Positions 10,214 through 19,908 are shown, counted from the first letter of the stretch. The stretch: 64,000 bases of DNA from Gammaproteobacteria bacterium (GCA_963422205.2 CAXMWX010000005.1:160001-224000), one strand, 5' to 3'. Translations and numbers: made by a program. Notes: generated from the sequence alone by a model not told the origin.

Positions 10214-10370
10214 CCAGCACCGCCGGGCCTGACGTGAAGCCGATGTGGGTTCTACCAGAGAGGCGCTGCGCTTGATAGACTTTCATGACCGATAGCGCGC
10301 AGCGAATGATCCCGGCTTTTCTCGTCCCCTCATCCCTGGCGATCATCGGTCAATGTATGTTATTCTCAAT

Positions 10371-10925
10371 TCAGGATGCTTCGGTGGCAATGCCGATGAT
10401 GATCGCCGTGGAGCAATGATAGACACTGCTCGCCGTGCCCAGACACCAGTTGGTATCGTTGTTGGAAAAGGCGCGGTAAGGCGGGATGTCGCCCTCGTTA
10501 TTATTGCACAGACAACGGCTGCAACTGGTCTTGGCACAGCAGTCGTTGTAGGAAATAATGTAATCTTTCCCATCAGCCGGATTCGTGCAGGTACCTATCC
10601 AGGTCATGGGCGACATCTCTGTGCCCGGGGGACAACTCCTGTGGCTGCCACCGCAACAGCTACACAAAAAACCATCGATAGCACAGTAACGCCAGTAATC
10701 ACAGGAGGCCGGATCGCCCGGATCACCGGCCTGACCCGAGGTCTGTGGCGCCACTCCGGGATACCCCGAACCACCCCCGCCATCTGCCGCCCTGGCCACC
10801 GGTAACAAGGGCACCGCCGCTCCACCCACCAGCAGGCTGCCGAGGCCGGTCAAGAAGCTGCGCCTTGAGGTCTTGCGTGCAACGTGGCGTGCTGTGATGA
10901 CAACCAAACGATCCAGCCATTGCAT
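10371..10925 (-). CDS. mauA: TTQ amine dehydrogenase small (beta) subunit, aromatic-amine-dehydrogenase-like
   Basis: Tat signal SRRSFL; CDYWRYCAIDGFLCSCCGG; TTQ-forming Trp residues in TWIGTC and NDTNWC; multiple conserved Cys. Confidence 0.95.
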   Translation of the reverse strand: MQWLDRLVVITARHVARKTSRRSFLTGLGSLLVGGAAVPLLPVARAADGGGGSGYPGVAPQTSGQAGDPGDPASCDYWRYCAIDGFLCSCCGGSHRSCPPGTEMSPMTWIGTCTNPADGKDYIISYNDCCAKTSCSRCLCNNNEGDIPPYRAFSNNDTNWCLGTASSVYHCSTAIIIGIATEAS

Positions 10926-10937
10926 GATTATTCGCTC

Positions 10938-11579
10938 CTAATGTGAATTGCCGGAAGCAGGGGCTTGCTGATCCGAATCGACCGCAACCGCACGATGAAT
11001 GTATTCCTGCAACGAAGCAACACCGCGCTCTTTCGATTCAAACAGACTTTCCAGATGCTCGCGCGAATTGATGATGCCCATGGAGGCAACCTTGCCCTGC
11101 TCATCAATCAATACCGCATAGGGCAGTTTCGATACGCCATAACTGCGCCCGAGTATCTCCGATGAAATATAGCTAAACCTGGCCAGATCATACCTGGCGA
11201 TATAGGATTCATGATCGTGATGATCACCATCACTGGCCAGGATGATCTCCAGCCATTGGTTTTCACTTTTATGCGCCGACTTGACCATCGGCAGCAAGGT
11301 CTTGCATACCGGGCAGGTGGGCGAGATGAAAAACACCAGTGTGCTTTTACCGTTTCTCGGCACACCACCTACGGTTATCAGCCTGCCATTAATATCCAGT
11401 AACTCCAGTTGTTTGATCGGCTGTCCCACTTTAAGGGTCTGATTCATCATCAGCGCACCGGCGGGCGCCACCCGCTCATACAACACGCCGATCTGCCTGA
11501 CCAGGGCGAAGATAACCACCGCCATCAGCAGCACGACTATCCACAGCAAAACAGTCGAGATGAGCAATGCCTCAGCCAT
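10938..11579 (-). CDS. mauD: Amine dehydrogenase maturation protein MauD (thioredoxin-like)
   Basis: N-terminal TM helix, RQIGVLYERVAPAGAL, CPVC, NSREHLESL. Confidence 0.95.
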   Translation of the reverse strand: MAEALLISTVLLWIVVLLMAVVIFALVRQIGVLYERVAPAGALMMNQTLKVGQPIKQLELLDINGRLITVGGVPRNGKSTLVFFISPTCPVCKTLLPMVKSAHKSENQWLEIILASDGDHHDHESYIARYDLARFSYISSEILGRSYGVSKLPYAVLIDEQGKVASMGIINSREHLESLFESKERGVASLQEYIHRAVAVDSDQQAPASGNSH

Positions 11580-12117
11580 GTTGCGGCCTCAATGTTTTTA
11601 ACAATCCCCGGTTCACCAGCAGTTGATTGACAATGTTATAAAACAAACCGCCCACAGCGGTTGCCAGCACAATCACCACCCAGTCAAACCAGAGCAAAGG
11701 ACGCGCCGGTGGCGGATGCAGAATGATCCAGGCAAACATGAACAAGACGGCATTACGCAGCACCAGCCAGGCGCTGATTGCCTGCCGTTGATCAGGGGCA
11801 CCACAACCGCAATCAATGCTATCTCTGCCACGTAACAAATTCACAACGATTGCCAGCATGTAGACCAGCAACAACAGCATGGCACTGACCGCAGCAAATG
11901 AGGAGACCATCGGGACTAACAAAGCAAGGCCAGTGCCTGATTCGAGCAGCGGCAATAACCCGGCTATTGCATTGGCTGATCGTTCGGGTAACACGCGGTA
12001 GCCTTTTACAGTCTCGGTAAACTCAAGGGGGTTTTGCCACTTGTGAAACGCCGCCACCACAAAGACATAGCTCAACAACAGTGACAGTGTGATGGTGATG
12101 ATGGGATCAAAAACCAC
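11572..12117 (-). CDS. mauE: Amine dehydrogenase maturation membrane protein MauE
   Basis: Multi-TM protein with NLLRGR..IDCGCG and RN motifs; lies between mauB and mauD. Confidence 0.93.
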   Translation of the reverse strand: MVFDPIITITLSLLLSYVFVVAAFHKWQNPLEFTETVKGYRVLPERSANAIAGLLPLLESGTGLALLVPMVSSFAAVSAMLLLLVYMLAIVVNLLRGRDSIDCGCGAPDQRQAISAWLVLRNAVLFMFAWIILHPPPARPLLWFDWVVIVLATAVGGLFYNIVNQLLVNRGLLKTLRPQHG

Positions 12118-12129
12118 GGCCAGGCCCGG

Positions 12130-13308
12130 TCAATGCGCCGCATGGAGGATGAAGGGCGTCTCAAAGGCGCGCCCGCCGATCGTGCGCTGCCACTGCCCCG
12201 ACTCAATGTGATACACATCCAGGTTCATATCGCCATTGGTGACGACCAGATAGGGATCATCGTGCCGGGTCGCCTGAATGGAAACGCCCCAGTGCTTTAA
12301 TGTGATCTTGTCGATGCGTTTGCCGGTGACTGCATCGTAAACCCACACCTCGCTGCCGCCGTTTTTATGGCTGCCGTCAAACCCATCTTGGTGCATCAAC
12401 ACGAACAGGCGCCCGCTGTCTTCATCGGCGGTGATGATCTGCCAGCCGCCCGGACGCCAGTTCTGCTGTTGCTCTGCTGGCCTGCTCAAGGCCCAGCCCG
12501 GGCCGATCACCGGCTCTTCCGTACGCATGTCCACCGTCTGAATCATGCCCTTGAACGAGGGGTAATAAGCAATGCCGTCAATCATGGCCGGTTTGGCAAA
12601 CAGAGGATCATCATCGGCATGAAAAAACGGCTTCGTCCTGGCCTGTTTTTTCACCTGGCCGTTTTTATCCAGCTGCGTCACCAGCATGGTGTTATCACTG
12701 CACAGGCTGCCAAAGCTCAACTTGCCGGAGGGGTAGATCATGGCACAACCCGCAATGGGGATATCGTTCAAGATGCGGCGCTGCTCAATGTCAATCACCA
12801 ACACGCTGGCCGCCGGCGTGAAATTAAACACCAGCAGCAGCCGTTCATCATCGAGAAACTGCAAGGTATTCTTGTGGGTGACAAACTGCCCGCGTTTGCC
12901 GCCCGGCAGAATAATCTCATCGATCGGCGTCAGGTTTTCCTTATCATAAATGGTCAGCAGGTCTGTGCGCTCACCCCGCACACGGCGGCTGTACACGGTC
13001 TCGGCGACATATAATTCAGGCCGCTTGCTCGAAGCCAGGAAGGAGGCAAACTGTCCGGCAGGCAGCGAGCCTTTGTAATTCCTGTTCTTTGCCGCCACAT
13101 CAACGATAACCACCTTGCCGTCCACCAGGGAGAAGAAATTGCTATCGTGTGCATACACCCAGGTGGCCGGATACACTGCCGGTAACTTCTCTACCACAGG
13201 GATAGGCTCTGCCGACAGTTCAGCACGTGCCAGCGGTGCGATCACCATGGCCGGTATCAGTACACCCGGTAGCAGTATATTCGGTAACAGGGCGCTCCAG
13301 CATCTCAT
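12130..13308 (-). CDS. mauB: TTQ amine dehydrogenase large (alpha) beta-propeller subunit
   Basis: Signal peptide, YSRRVRGERTD, FNFTPA, WRPGGWQ, GSHKNGGSEVW. AGGTG RBS before ATG 13308. Confidence 0.93.
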   Translation of the reverse strand: MRCWSALLPNILLPGVLIPAMVIAPLARAELSAEPIPVVEKLPAVYPATWVYAHDSNFFSLVDGKVVIVDVAAKNRNYKGSLPAGQFASFLASSKRPELYVAETVYSRRVRGERTDLLTIYDKENLTPIDEIILPGGKRGQFVTHKNTLQFLDDERLLLVFNFTPAASVLVIDIEQRRILNDIPIAGCAMIYPSGKLSFGSLCSDNTMLVTQLDKNGQVKKQARTKPFFHADDDPLFAKPAMIDGIAYYPSFKGMIQTVDMRTEEPVIGPGWALSRPAEQQQNWRPGGWQIITADEDSGRLFVLMHQDGFDGSHKNGGSEVWVYDAVTGKRIDKITLKHWGVSIQATRHDDPYLVVTNGDMNLDVYHIESGQWQRTIGGRAFETPFILHAAH

Positions 13309-13385
13309 CTGCTTACACCTGCATGTATATTGGCAGCCATATGACCTGCCGCGCTGGCCCGCTCGTTCAATCACGCTTTCAAGGC

Positions 13386-15626
13386 TTAAAAACTGTAGGA
13401 AATACTGCCGCCTATCCATCGTGGCAGGCCGTAGTATTGCTCGGTCATGCCCAGCACGGTGGCCAGATCAAAGGTCTGCACCAGATACTCCTCATCAAAC
13501 AGGTTATTGACAAAGATGGCCGCTTCCCATTTTTGATCGGCGGTGGTGTAACTGACGCGGGAATTGACCACGGCATAGCCATTCTCGGTCACGGCCTGGG
13601 CCTGGGTTAAGCTGAAAAAATGCTCGGAGCGATAATGAACATCGCCCTGGATGGCGATGGCAGCACCGCCCGGCACCGACCACTCATAGCGCACCAGGCC
13701 ATTGAGGTTCCATTTCGGTGATTGTACCGGTTTGGTATCGCGCACACCGAGGCCAATCTGCAAGTCCACCGGCAGGTCGATATCCACATAGCCCACGCCG
13801 AACAGCAAGTCTAGGCCATCGGTTGGCGAGGCCTGTAATTCCACTTCAAAGCCATGATTTTTGGCATCGGCATTGAAGATAAACGTGGACAGACCGACGA
13901 TGCGAAAGGCCTGGAAATCCTGGTAGTCGTAATAAAACGCCGAGGCATTTAAGCGCGCCAGCCCGCCGGCCAGGGTGGACTTAAAGCCGATCTCATAGGC
14001 ATCGAGCTTCTCCTCATCAAAGCGCATCAGGGCATCATCCAGCGTAAGACCGGTAATATCCAACGGTGCATTAAAACCGCCGCCTTTAACACCGCGGTTC
14101 CAACTGGCGTAGACCAGGAGATCATCGGTTGGCCGCCAGTCCAGCTCCACCCGGGCCGACCACAGCCCACGATCCAGCTTGCCGTCATAGCGACCGCTCT
14201 CCGCAATAATATTCGGGTTACCGTTACGCTGGCGCATACCGGGTTCAAAATCCACAAAATTGCTGACATAGCTGTGGGTCTTCTCTTCCTCTATCCAGCG
14301 AAAGCCGGCGATGGCGGTGAACTGCTCCGTCAAGTCATATTCCACCTGCCCGAACACCGACCAGCTTTTGGTGTCCGTGGTGTACGGATTATCCGAGCCC
14401 TGAAAAGAACCATCGCTATCGACCAAGGGGCCGGGAACCCCAAGGGCGACGGCAACGCCCGGACCACTCAAGGGCTGCTCGGCGCCGTTGGCATCATTAA
14501 CATCGATGTCGAGATAGTAAAACCCCGCCACCCAGCGCATGACATCCGTCTCGCCATTGACGCGCAACTCCTGCGAGAACTGCCCGGCATCGGTATTTAG
14601 GAAAAAATTGAAATCGGCAAACGGCGAGGCGTCCGAGTCCTCAAGGTAGTCCCGTTTAATGTGCTGATAGTCGGTAATGGAGGTCAGTTGCATGCCATCG
14701 GCCAGATTCCATTTAAGCGTGCCGGATACGCCGTAGGATTCCATGTCCTGAAAACCAAACCGGTCATAGTCACCAGCGAACACATCGCCGTCCGCATCGC
14801 GGTAGCCGTTGATATTAGCCAGGTTGGGTGTCAGCTCGCCCAGCCCATCCCCATCCAGATCACGCGATGAGACGTTCTCGAACGGGCCGCCGGTGCGAAT
14901 ATTCTGCAAGGCGCCGCGCACATTGACCAGCAGCTCCAAATCGTCAGTCGGGCTGAACAGTAACTGCAAACGCGCCGCATAGTCATCGGCGTTATTAATG
15001 TCATCACCCAGCACGCGGTTTTCAATGTAGCCATCGTTATGGTGGGTGGCAACGGATAAACGGGCGGCCAGCGTATCACCGAGACCACCGCCCACGGCGC
15101 CCTGGAACTTCACCTGATTATAAGAGCCCAGCGTGACCTGGCCGTAGCCGTCAAATTCCTGGGTCGGCTTGCGGGTGACATAATGCGCCAGTCCGCCGGT
15201 GGCGTTGCGCCCGAACAGGGTGCCCTGCGGGCCGCGCAATAACTCAACACGCTCCATGTCAAACAGCAGAAAACCCGCCCCCGACATCTGGCTGACATAG
15301 ACCTCATCCACATAGATGGACACCGGGCTTTCCTGGTTGCTGATAAAATCATTCTGCGCCACGCCGCGAATGGCGAGAGCATAATTGGACGGCCCATTAG
15401 GCTGAATCGTGCTGACCCCAGGCGCCAGGGCGGATAACTCCTGGGCATTGGTGTAGCCCAGCGCCCGTAATTGCTCGCCGGAGAAAGCAGTGACTGAAAT
15501 ACCCACATCCTGCAAATTCTGCTCACGCTTCTGGGCAGTGACCACCACCTCTTCGAGCACGATTCGTGCATTAGCCACATGGAACAGGCCGAGACAGGCC
15601 AAAGCGAGACCGATTTTCTTCATCAT
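13386..15626 (-). CDS. TonB-dependent outer-membrane receptor
   Basis: Signal peptide, TonB-box region EEVVVTAQKREQ, plug motif VELLRGPQGTLFGRNATGG, terminal aromatic YSF. Confidence 0.96.
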   Translation of the reverse strand: MMKKIGLALACLGLFHVANARIVLEEVVVTAQKREQNLQDVGISVTAFSGEQLRALGYTNAQELSALAPGVSTIQPNGPSNYALAIRGVAQNDFISNQESPVSIYVDEVYVSQMSGAGFLLFDMERVELLRGPQGTLFGRNATGGLAHYVTRKPTQEFDGYGQVTLGSYNQVKFQGAVGGGLGDTLAARLSVATHHNDGYIENRVLGDDINNADDYAARLQLLFSPTDDLELLVNVRGALQNIRTGGPFENVSSRDLDGDGLGELTPNLANINGYRDADGDVFAGDYDRFGFQDMESYGVSGTLKWNLADGMQLTSITDYQHIKRDYLEDSDASPFADFNFFLNTDAGQFSQELRVNGETDVMRWVAGFYYLDIDVNDANGAEQPLSGPGVAVALGVPGPLVDSDGSFQGSDNPYTTDTKSWSVFGQVEYDLTEQFTAIAGFRWIEEEKTHSYVSNFVDFEPGMRQRNGNPNIIAESGRYDGKLDRGLWSARVELDWRPTDDLLVYASWNRGVKGGGFNAPLDITGLTLDDALMRFDEEKLDAYEIGFKSTLAGGLARLNASAFYYDYQDFQAFRIVGLSTFIFNADAKNHGFEVELQASPTDGLDLLFGVGYVDIDLPVDLQIGLGVRDTKPVQSPKWNLNGLVRYEWSVPGGAAIAIQGDVHYRSEHFFSLTQAQAVTENGYAVVNSRVSYTTADQKWEAAIFVNNLFDEEYLVQTFDLATVLGMTEQYYGLPRWIGGSISYSF

Positions 15627-15872
15627 TGTTATACTCCCCCAAGAATGATTGATACAAGGACTTAACGGACGCTGGCGCGTTCATGCAAATTTAACCCAAA
15701 CCATCCGCTGTATGTGTCCAAGCACTTTAGGACAAGCGCCCAAATATAGCACATAAAAATCAGGGGTAAAGAGGAAATCAGCCCTGGTTACAACATTGTT
15801 GGTATATGGCAACAGCAGCGGGCGAACTCCTCATCCCATGACCAAAGCCGTTGATTTGGTTAAGATGACCCC

Positions 15873-16550
15873 GTGGTCTTACGCACTCGAAAAGCCTTAA
15901 ATCGCCCCGGCACCGCCACCCAGGAAAAGGGCTTATCTCGCCTTGTGAATATCCTGGATGCAGCACATGCGGTGTTCACGACCGAGGGCTATGCCAACCT
16001 GTCCATGCGTAAGGTGGCAAAACAGGCGGAGATCTCCATTGGTAATCTGAACTATTACTACCGCACCAAGGAGGACTTGCTGCGCGATCTGGCCGACTAT
16101 TTTGTCACGCCTTATATCGAAGAGTTTGATCGCGCCCGACAGCAGGCCGGGGAGTCACCGGAGCGGCAGCTAAGAGCCGTGCTTGATTTTTGGGTGGCGG
16201 ACTTGAGCACACCGGAGACCACCGCCTTCTTCCCGGAATTGTGGGCGCTCAGTAATCATAACCCGTACATCGCCGAACTGCTGGATGAGGTGTATATCGC
16301 CGCCAGGGAGTCCTTAAACGAGCTGGTGCCACAGATCAACGGCAGCCTGTCAAAGACCGAGGCCGAGCAAGTGTGTTTGTGCATGTGTGCAGCGATGGAG
16401 GGGCTGACGATCTTTGTTGGTCACGAGAAACCTTGGTACCCGCAACGGGATGCTATCCGCCGGCTCACCGTCGACTCGCTGATGAACATGGCAAAGCATA
16501 CCATTGGCAAAAAAAACACGCGCAAGGCGCGAGCTGATTGCCACCGGTAA
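15873..16550 (+). CDS. TetR/AcrR-family transcriptional regulator
   Basis: ILDAA..F...GY..LSMRKVA..A.IS.GNLNYYYRTKEDL helix-turn-helix; divergent from the receptor/mau operon. Confidence 0.92.
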   Translation: MVLRTRKALNRPGTATQEKGLSRLVNILDAAHAVFTTEGYANLSMRKVAKQAEISIGNLNYYYRTKEDLLRDLADYFVTPYIEEFDRARQQAGESPERQLRAVLDFWVADLSTPETTAFFPELWALSNHNPYIAELLDEVYIAARESLNELVPQINGSLSKTEAEQVCLCMCAAMEGLTIFVGHEKPWYPQRDAIRRLTVDSLMNMAKHTIGKKNTRKARADCHR

Positions 16551-16902
16551 ACCGGCCAGATAAACCAGCAGCCTACCCCTCCATCGTGCCAGAAAAAACA
16601 CCATGCCGGGCGAATAGCTGTACGGCGGCGAACTCAACCGCCGACCCCCAAAGCGATGCGTCAGTGCAGGGTGTCATGTGTGTCAGCATCGCTTCAATCT
16701 GCGGCCAGGGGTTGGGATCAGGCACAACGCAAGAGGTCAGAATCAACCGGTGATTTCACCCGCCAGACGCTGAAACCGCCCGCAGCCTGCCACCTCCTCC
16801 GCAGCCGTCCCGGCAGAGCGTCCACTTGTCACCCTGGCGGCATTTGTTAAAATTCAGGCACGATCCGTATTCCGGGCGAGACCATCCATAGCAGGCGTCA
16901 TC

Positions 16903-18288
16903 TTGCAATCCGAATCAGCCACCCAACGCACCGTACTTCTCATCGTCTGCCTGGGGGCGTTCATATCGCCCCTGATGCTCTCTGCGGTCAACGTGGCTAT
17001 TCCGGGGATTGCACAGGACTTCGGGGCAACCGCCACCGCCATCAGCTGGATACCGCTGGCCTATCTACTGAGCAGCGCCGTGTTCATGTTACCGGCGGGG
17101 CGCATTGCCGATGGCTACGGGCGCAAGCGCATCTACCAGACCGGCATGATCGTCATCACCGTGGCCTCCTCGCTGGCGGCACTGAGCGAGTCCATCGGCT
17201 GGCTGCTGTTTTGCCGGGCCTTGCAGGGCCTGGGGGCGGCCATGTTATTCGCCACCGGCCAGGCCATGCTGGCCTCGGTCTTCCCACCGGCCAAACGTGG
17301 CCGTGCCATCGGCCTGTCCGTCTCCGCCGTGTATCTGGGGCTGACCGCCGGGCCGGCACTGGGTGGCTGGGCGATAGCGGCTTACGGCTGGCGCGCCAGC
17401 CTGCTCATCCACCTGCCGTTGGCCCTGCTGGTCATCGGCATCACGCGGCTGAAATTAACCGGCGACTGGCGGGGTGATGAGAGCAGAAAGCTCGATCTGA
17501 CCGGCAGCCTGATCTATGGCGGGGCGCTGGTTATCAGCATGTACGGCTTATCTTCACTGCCCGGGGCAACAGGCATTGCCTGCATCATTCTCGGCTGTGT
17601 CGGCTTTATTGTGTTCTTTCGTTATGCCCGCCGGCGTGCTGATCCCATCTTTGATGTCAGCCTGTTTCGCACCAACCGGCTGTTTACTTTTTCCTGCCTT
17701 GCCGCCCTGGCGATCTATGCAGCAACCTTCAGCATTTCCTATCTGATGAGCCTATACCTGCAATACATCAAAGGGCTGGCAGCCGACAGCGCCGGCATCA
17801 TCATGATCGGCCAGCCCTTAATCATGACCTTATTATCGCCAGTGGCAGGCAGACTGTCAGACAAATATGAAGCCTGGGTGCTGGCCTCATCGGGCGTTGG
17901 GCTTGTCTGTGTCGGGCTGGGCCTGCTGGCAAGCCTGACGGCAGACAGCGCTGTGATGACGGTTTTTATCTACCTGATGCTGACCGGGATGGGTTTCGCC
18001 CTGTTCAGCGCACCGAATATGAATGCCATCATGAGTTCGGTCAACAAGCGCCATTTAGGGCTTGCCGCCGGCTCTGTCAGCACCATGCGTGTACTCGGGC
18101 AAATGATCAGCATGGCGATAGTCACCGTGGTATTTGCTTTGCTGGTGGGGCCTGTTGAGGTGGTCTTGCTCGATCATGACCTGCTGATGCACAGCATTCG
18201 CATGAGCTTCGTGGCCGCTGCCTGCCTTGCGGCCACGGCCATCCCCTTATCGCTGAAGCGGGGCAACATGCGCCTTGATGCAGGTTGA
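16903..18288 (+). CDS. MFS transporter, DHA2 (EmrB/QacA-like, ~14 TM)
   Basis: VNVAIP, GRIADGYGRKR motif A, GPALGG motif C, GRLSDKY; many hydrophobic helices. Confidence 0.9.
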   Translation: MQSESATQRTVLLIVCLGAFISPLMLSAVNVAIPGIAQDFGATATAISWIPLAYLLSSAVFMLPAGRIADGYGRKRIYQTGMIVITVASSLAALSESIGWLLFCRALQGLGAAMLFATGQAMLASVFPPAKRGRAIGLSVSAVYLGLTAGPALGGWAIAAYGWRASLLIHLPLALLVIGITRLKLTGDWRGDESRKLDLTGSLIYGGALVISMYGLSSLPGATGIACIILGCVGFIVFFRYARRRADPIFDVSLFRTNRLFTFSCLAALAIYAATFSISYLMSLYLQYIKGLAADSAGIIMIGQPLIMTLLSPVAGRLSDKYEAWVLASSGVGLVCVGLGLLASLTADSAVMTVFIYLMLTGMGFALFSAPNMNAIMSSVNKRHLGLAAGSVSTMRVLGQMISMAIVTVVFALLVGPVEVVLLDHDLLMHSIRMSFVAAACLAATAIPLSLKRGNMRLDAG

Positions 18289-18321
18289 TGCCAAGTGCTG
18301 ACAGCACATGGGCGGCCCCGG

Positions 18322-19182
18322 TTACGGGCGTTTGCCGTAACGCCAGCGGGTGGCGAAGGTAAACACCCGCTCATCACACACATCAATACACCGCCCGCAG
18401 TTGGTGCAGTCACCACTTAAGATCAATGGGCTGGCCTGCTCGTTGGCCGGTTTCAATGCCGGGGCGATCACCTGGGGTTCAGGGCAGTGCGTAAAGCAAT
18501 CCCCACAGTCAGTGCATGCCTGCCTGTCAGCGGCTTTAATGCGGATCAGGGAGACCTTGCCCAGCACGCCATAGAACACGCCCACCGGGCAGAGATGCCC
18601 ACACCAGGCACGGCGGCTGACAAAGACATCCAGCAGAAATACCGCCAGCATGATCACCCAGGCCATGCCCATGCCGAAGACCAGCCCTCGTTGTAACAGG
18701 GTGATCGGGTTGACTATCTCCCAGGCAATCGTTGTGGTCAGGGCAGAGACGATCAGCACCATGATAAACAGCCAGTTGCGGCTGGATTTTTTCAGTGGCA
18801 GGCTGGCGCTGATCCCCAGTTGGGTACGCAACCAATAGGCCAGATCCGTGACGATGTTGATCGGACACACCCAGGAGCAATATGCCCGGCCGCCCAGCAG
18901 CAGGTAGATGATGACGACATTCAGCGCACCCATGCTCGCAAGCGTGCCCATCTTGTGGCCGGCGGCAATCGATTGCAGGTAGATATACGGATCAGTCAAG
19001 GGCAGGACAGAGAACACCGTACTGGAGGCAAGATTCCCTTTGAGGATCCACAGCCCATAGAGCGGCCCGGCAAGAAACAGGCCCAGCAATGTCAACTGCG
19101 AGGTGCGCCTTAGCAGCCACCATGTATGCCGGCTGAACCAGGAACGCCTGCTCGTTACAGACATGACGGCTTGCTGTCCCAT
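18322..19182 (-). CDS. napH: NapH/MauN-family membrane polyferredoxin (quinol dehydrogenase subunit)
   Basis: LRRTSQ, GRAYCSWVCP, WCGHLCP, two CxxCxxCxxxC ferredoxin motifs. Confidence 0.9.
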   Translation of the reverse strand: MGQQAVMSVTSRRSWFSRHTWWLLRRTSQLTLLGLFLAGPLYGLWILKGNLASSTVFSVLPLTDPYIYLQSIAAGHKMGTLASMGALNVVIIYLLLGGRAYCSWVCPINIVTDLAYWLRTQLGISASLPLKKSSRNWLFIMVLIVSALTTTIAWEIVNPITLLQRGLVFGMGMAWVIMLAVFLLDVFVSRRAWCGHLCPVGVFYGVLGKVSLIRIKAADRQACTDCGDCFTHCPEPQVIAPALKPANEQASPLILSGDCTNCGRCIDVCDERVFTFATRWRYGKRP

Positions 19183-19186
19183 GGCG

Positions 19187-19843
19187 TTAGCGGTCCTGCT
19201 TCGCCAGCACCGTTGGTAACACCTTGATGGACGCCTGCTCTGTCACGCACGCTTTCTCACACTTGCCGCAGCCGGTGCAATGGGCGGCATGGACTGTCGG
19301 CTCAAAATAGGTGCGGCGGCCGGTGCGTTTTTGCTCCATCGTGATCGCCTCGCCTTGCAGCGGACAGGCCAGATAACAGGCACGGCAATGGGCGGCGCCC
19401 GTGATGCTGTAGCAGGTATCCAAACCCGTCATCACCGCCACCCCCATGCTCGCCTGCCCGACATCATCAAGCTCCTTGCTCAAGGCATCGGTCGGGCAGG
19501 CGGCGGTACAGGGAATATCCTCGCACATCTCACAGGGCACCTGGCGGGCGATGAAATACGGCGAGCCAGTCGCCACGTCCTCGGCAAATGTGGCCAGGCG
19601 CAAGGTATCAAACGGGCAAGCACGCACACACAGGCCGCAACGCACACAGGCAGCCAAAAAGTCCTCATCATCAATGGCACCGGGCGGGCGCAGCGCCCAA
19701 GCCGGGGTCGAGACAGACTGCGCTGAATAGGCGCCAAGCAAGAGGCCGATGAGGCTGAAACCGCCCGCCGTTTGCAGGCACTGCCCGACAAACTGCCGCC
19801 GACTCAGGTAATGTGCGTGATCTGGATTCGCTGTATCGGCCAT
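19187..19843 (-). CDS. napG: NapG/MauM-family periplasmic 4Fe-4S ferredoxin
   Basis: Tat motif SRRQF, LRPPGA, CVRCGLCVRACP, PCEMCEDIPC, CTGCGKCEKAC. Confidence 0.9.
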   Translation of the reverse strand: MADTANPDHAHYLSRRQFVGQCLQTAGGFSLIGLLLGAYSAQSVSTPAWALRPPGAIDDEDFLAACVRCGLCVRACPFDTLRLATFAEDVATGSPYFIARQVPCEMCEDIPCTAACPTDALSKELDDVGQASMGVAVMTGLDTCYSITGAAHCRACYLACPLQGEAITMEQKRTGRRTYFEPTVHAAHCTGCGKCEKACVTEQASIKVLPTVLAKQDR

Positions 19844-19879
19844 ACCGCCCTCGTTAGCTTGCTACCCCCCCCCCAGGTA

Positions 19880-19908
19880 ACAATAGTACAGCCGTCCTAT
19901 TTATTCAA
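19880..19908 (-). promoter_or_regulatory. Candidate sigma70 promoter for napG-napH
   Basis: TTGAAT-N17-TATTGT on the minus strand, ~37 nt upstream of the napG start. Confidence 0.45.

Noticed and set aside
10371-13308. mau cluster as evidence of methylotrophy
   Set aside because: Small-subunit motifs look AADH-like, mauF/mauC/mauG are absent, and the neighbours are aromatic catabolism genes.
15727-15744. Imperfect palindrome TTAGGACAAGCGCCCAAA as the TetR operator
   Set aside because: The position is plausible, but only 10 of 18 positions are symmetric and there is a single copy; too weak to call.
18322-19843. napGH as evidence of a nitrate reductase operon
   Set aside because: No napA, napB, napC or napD in the window.
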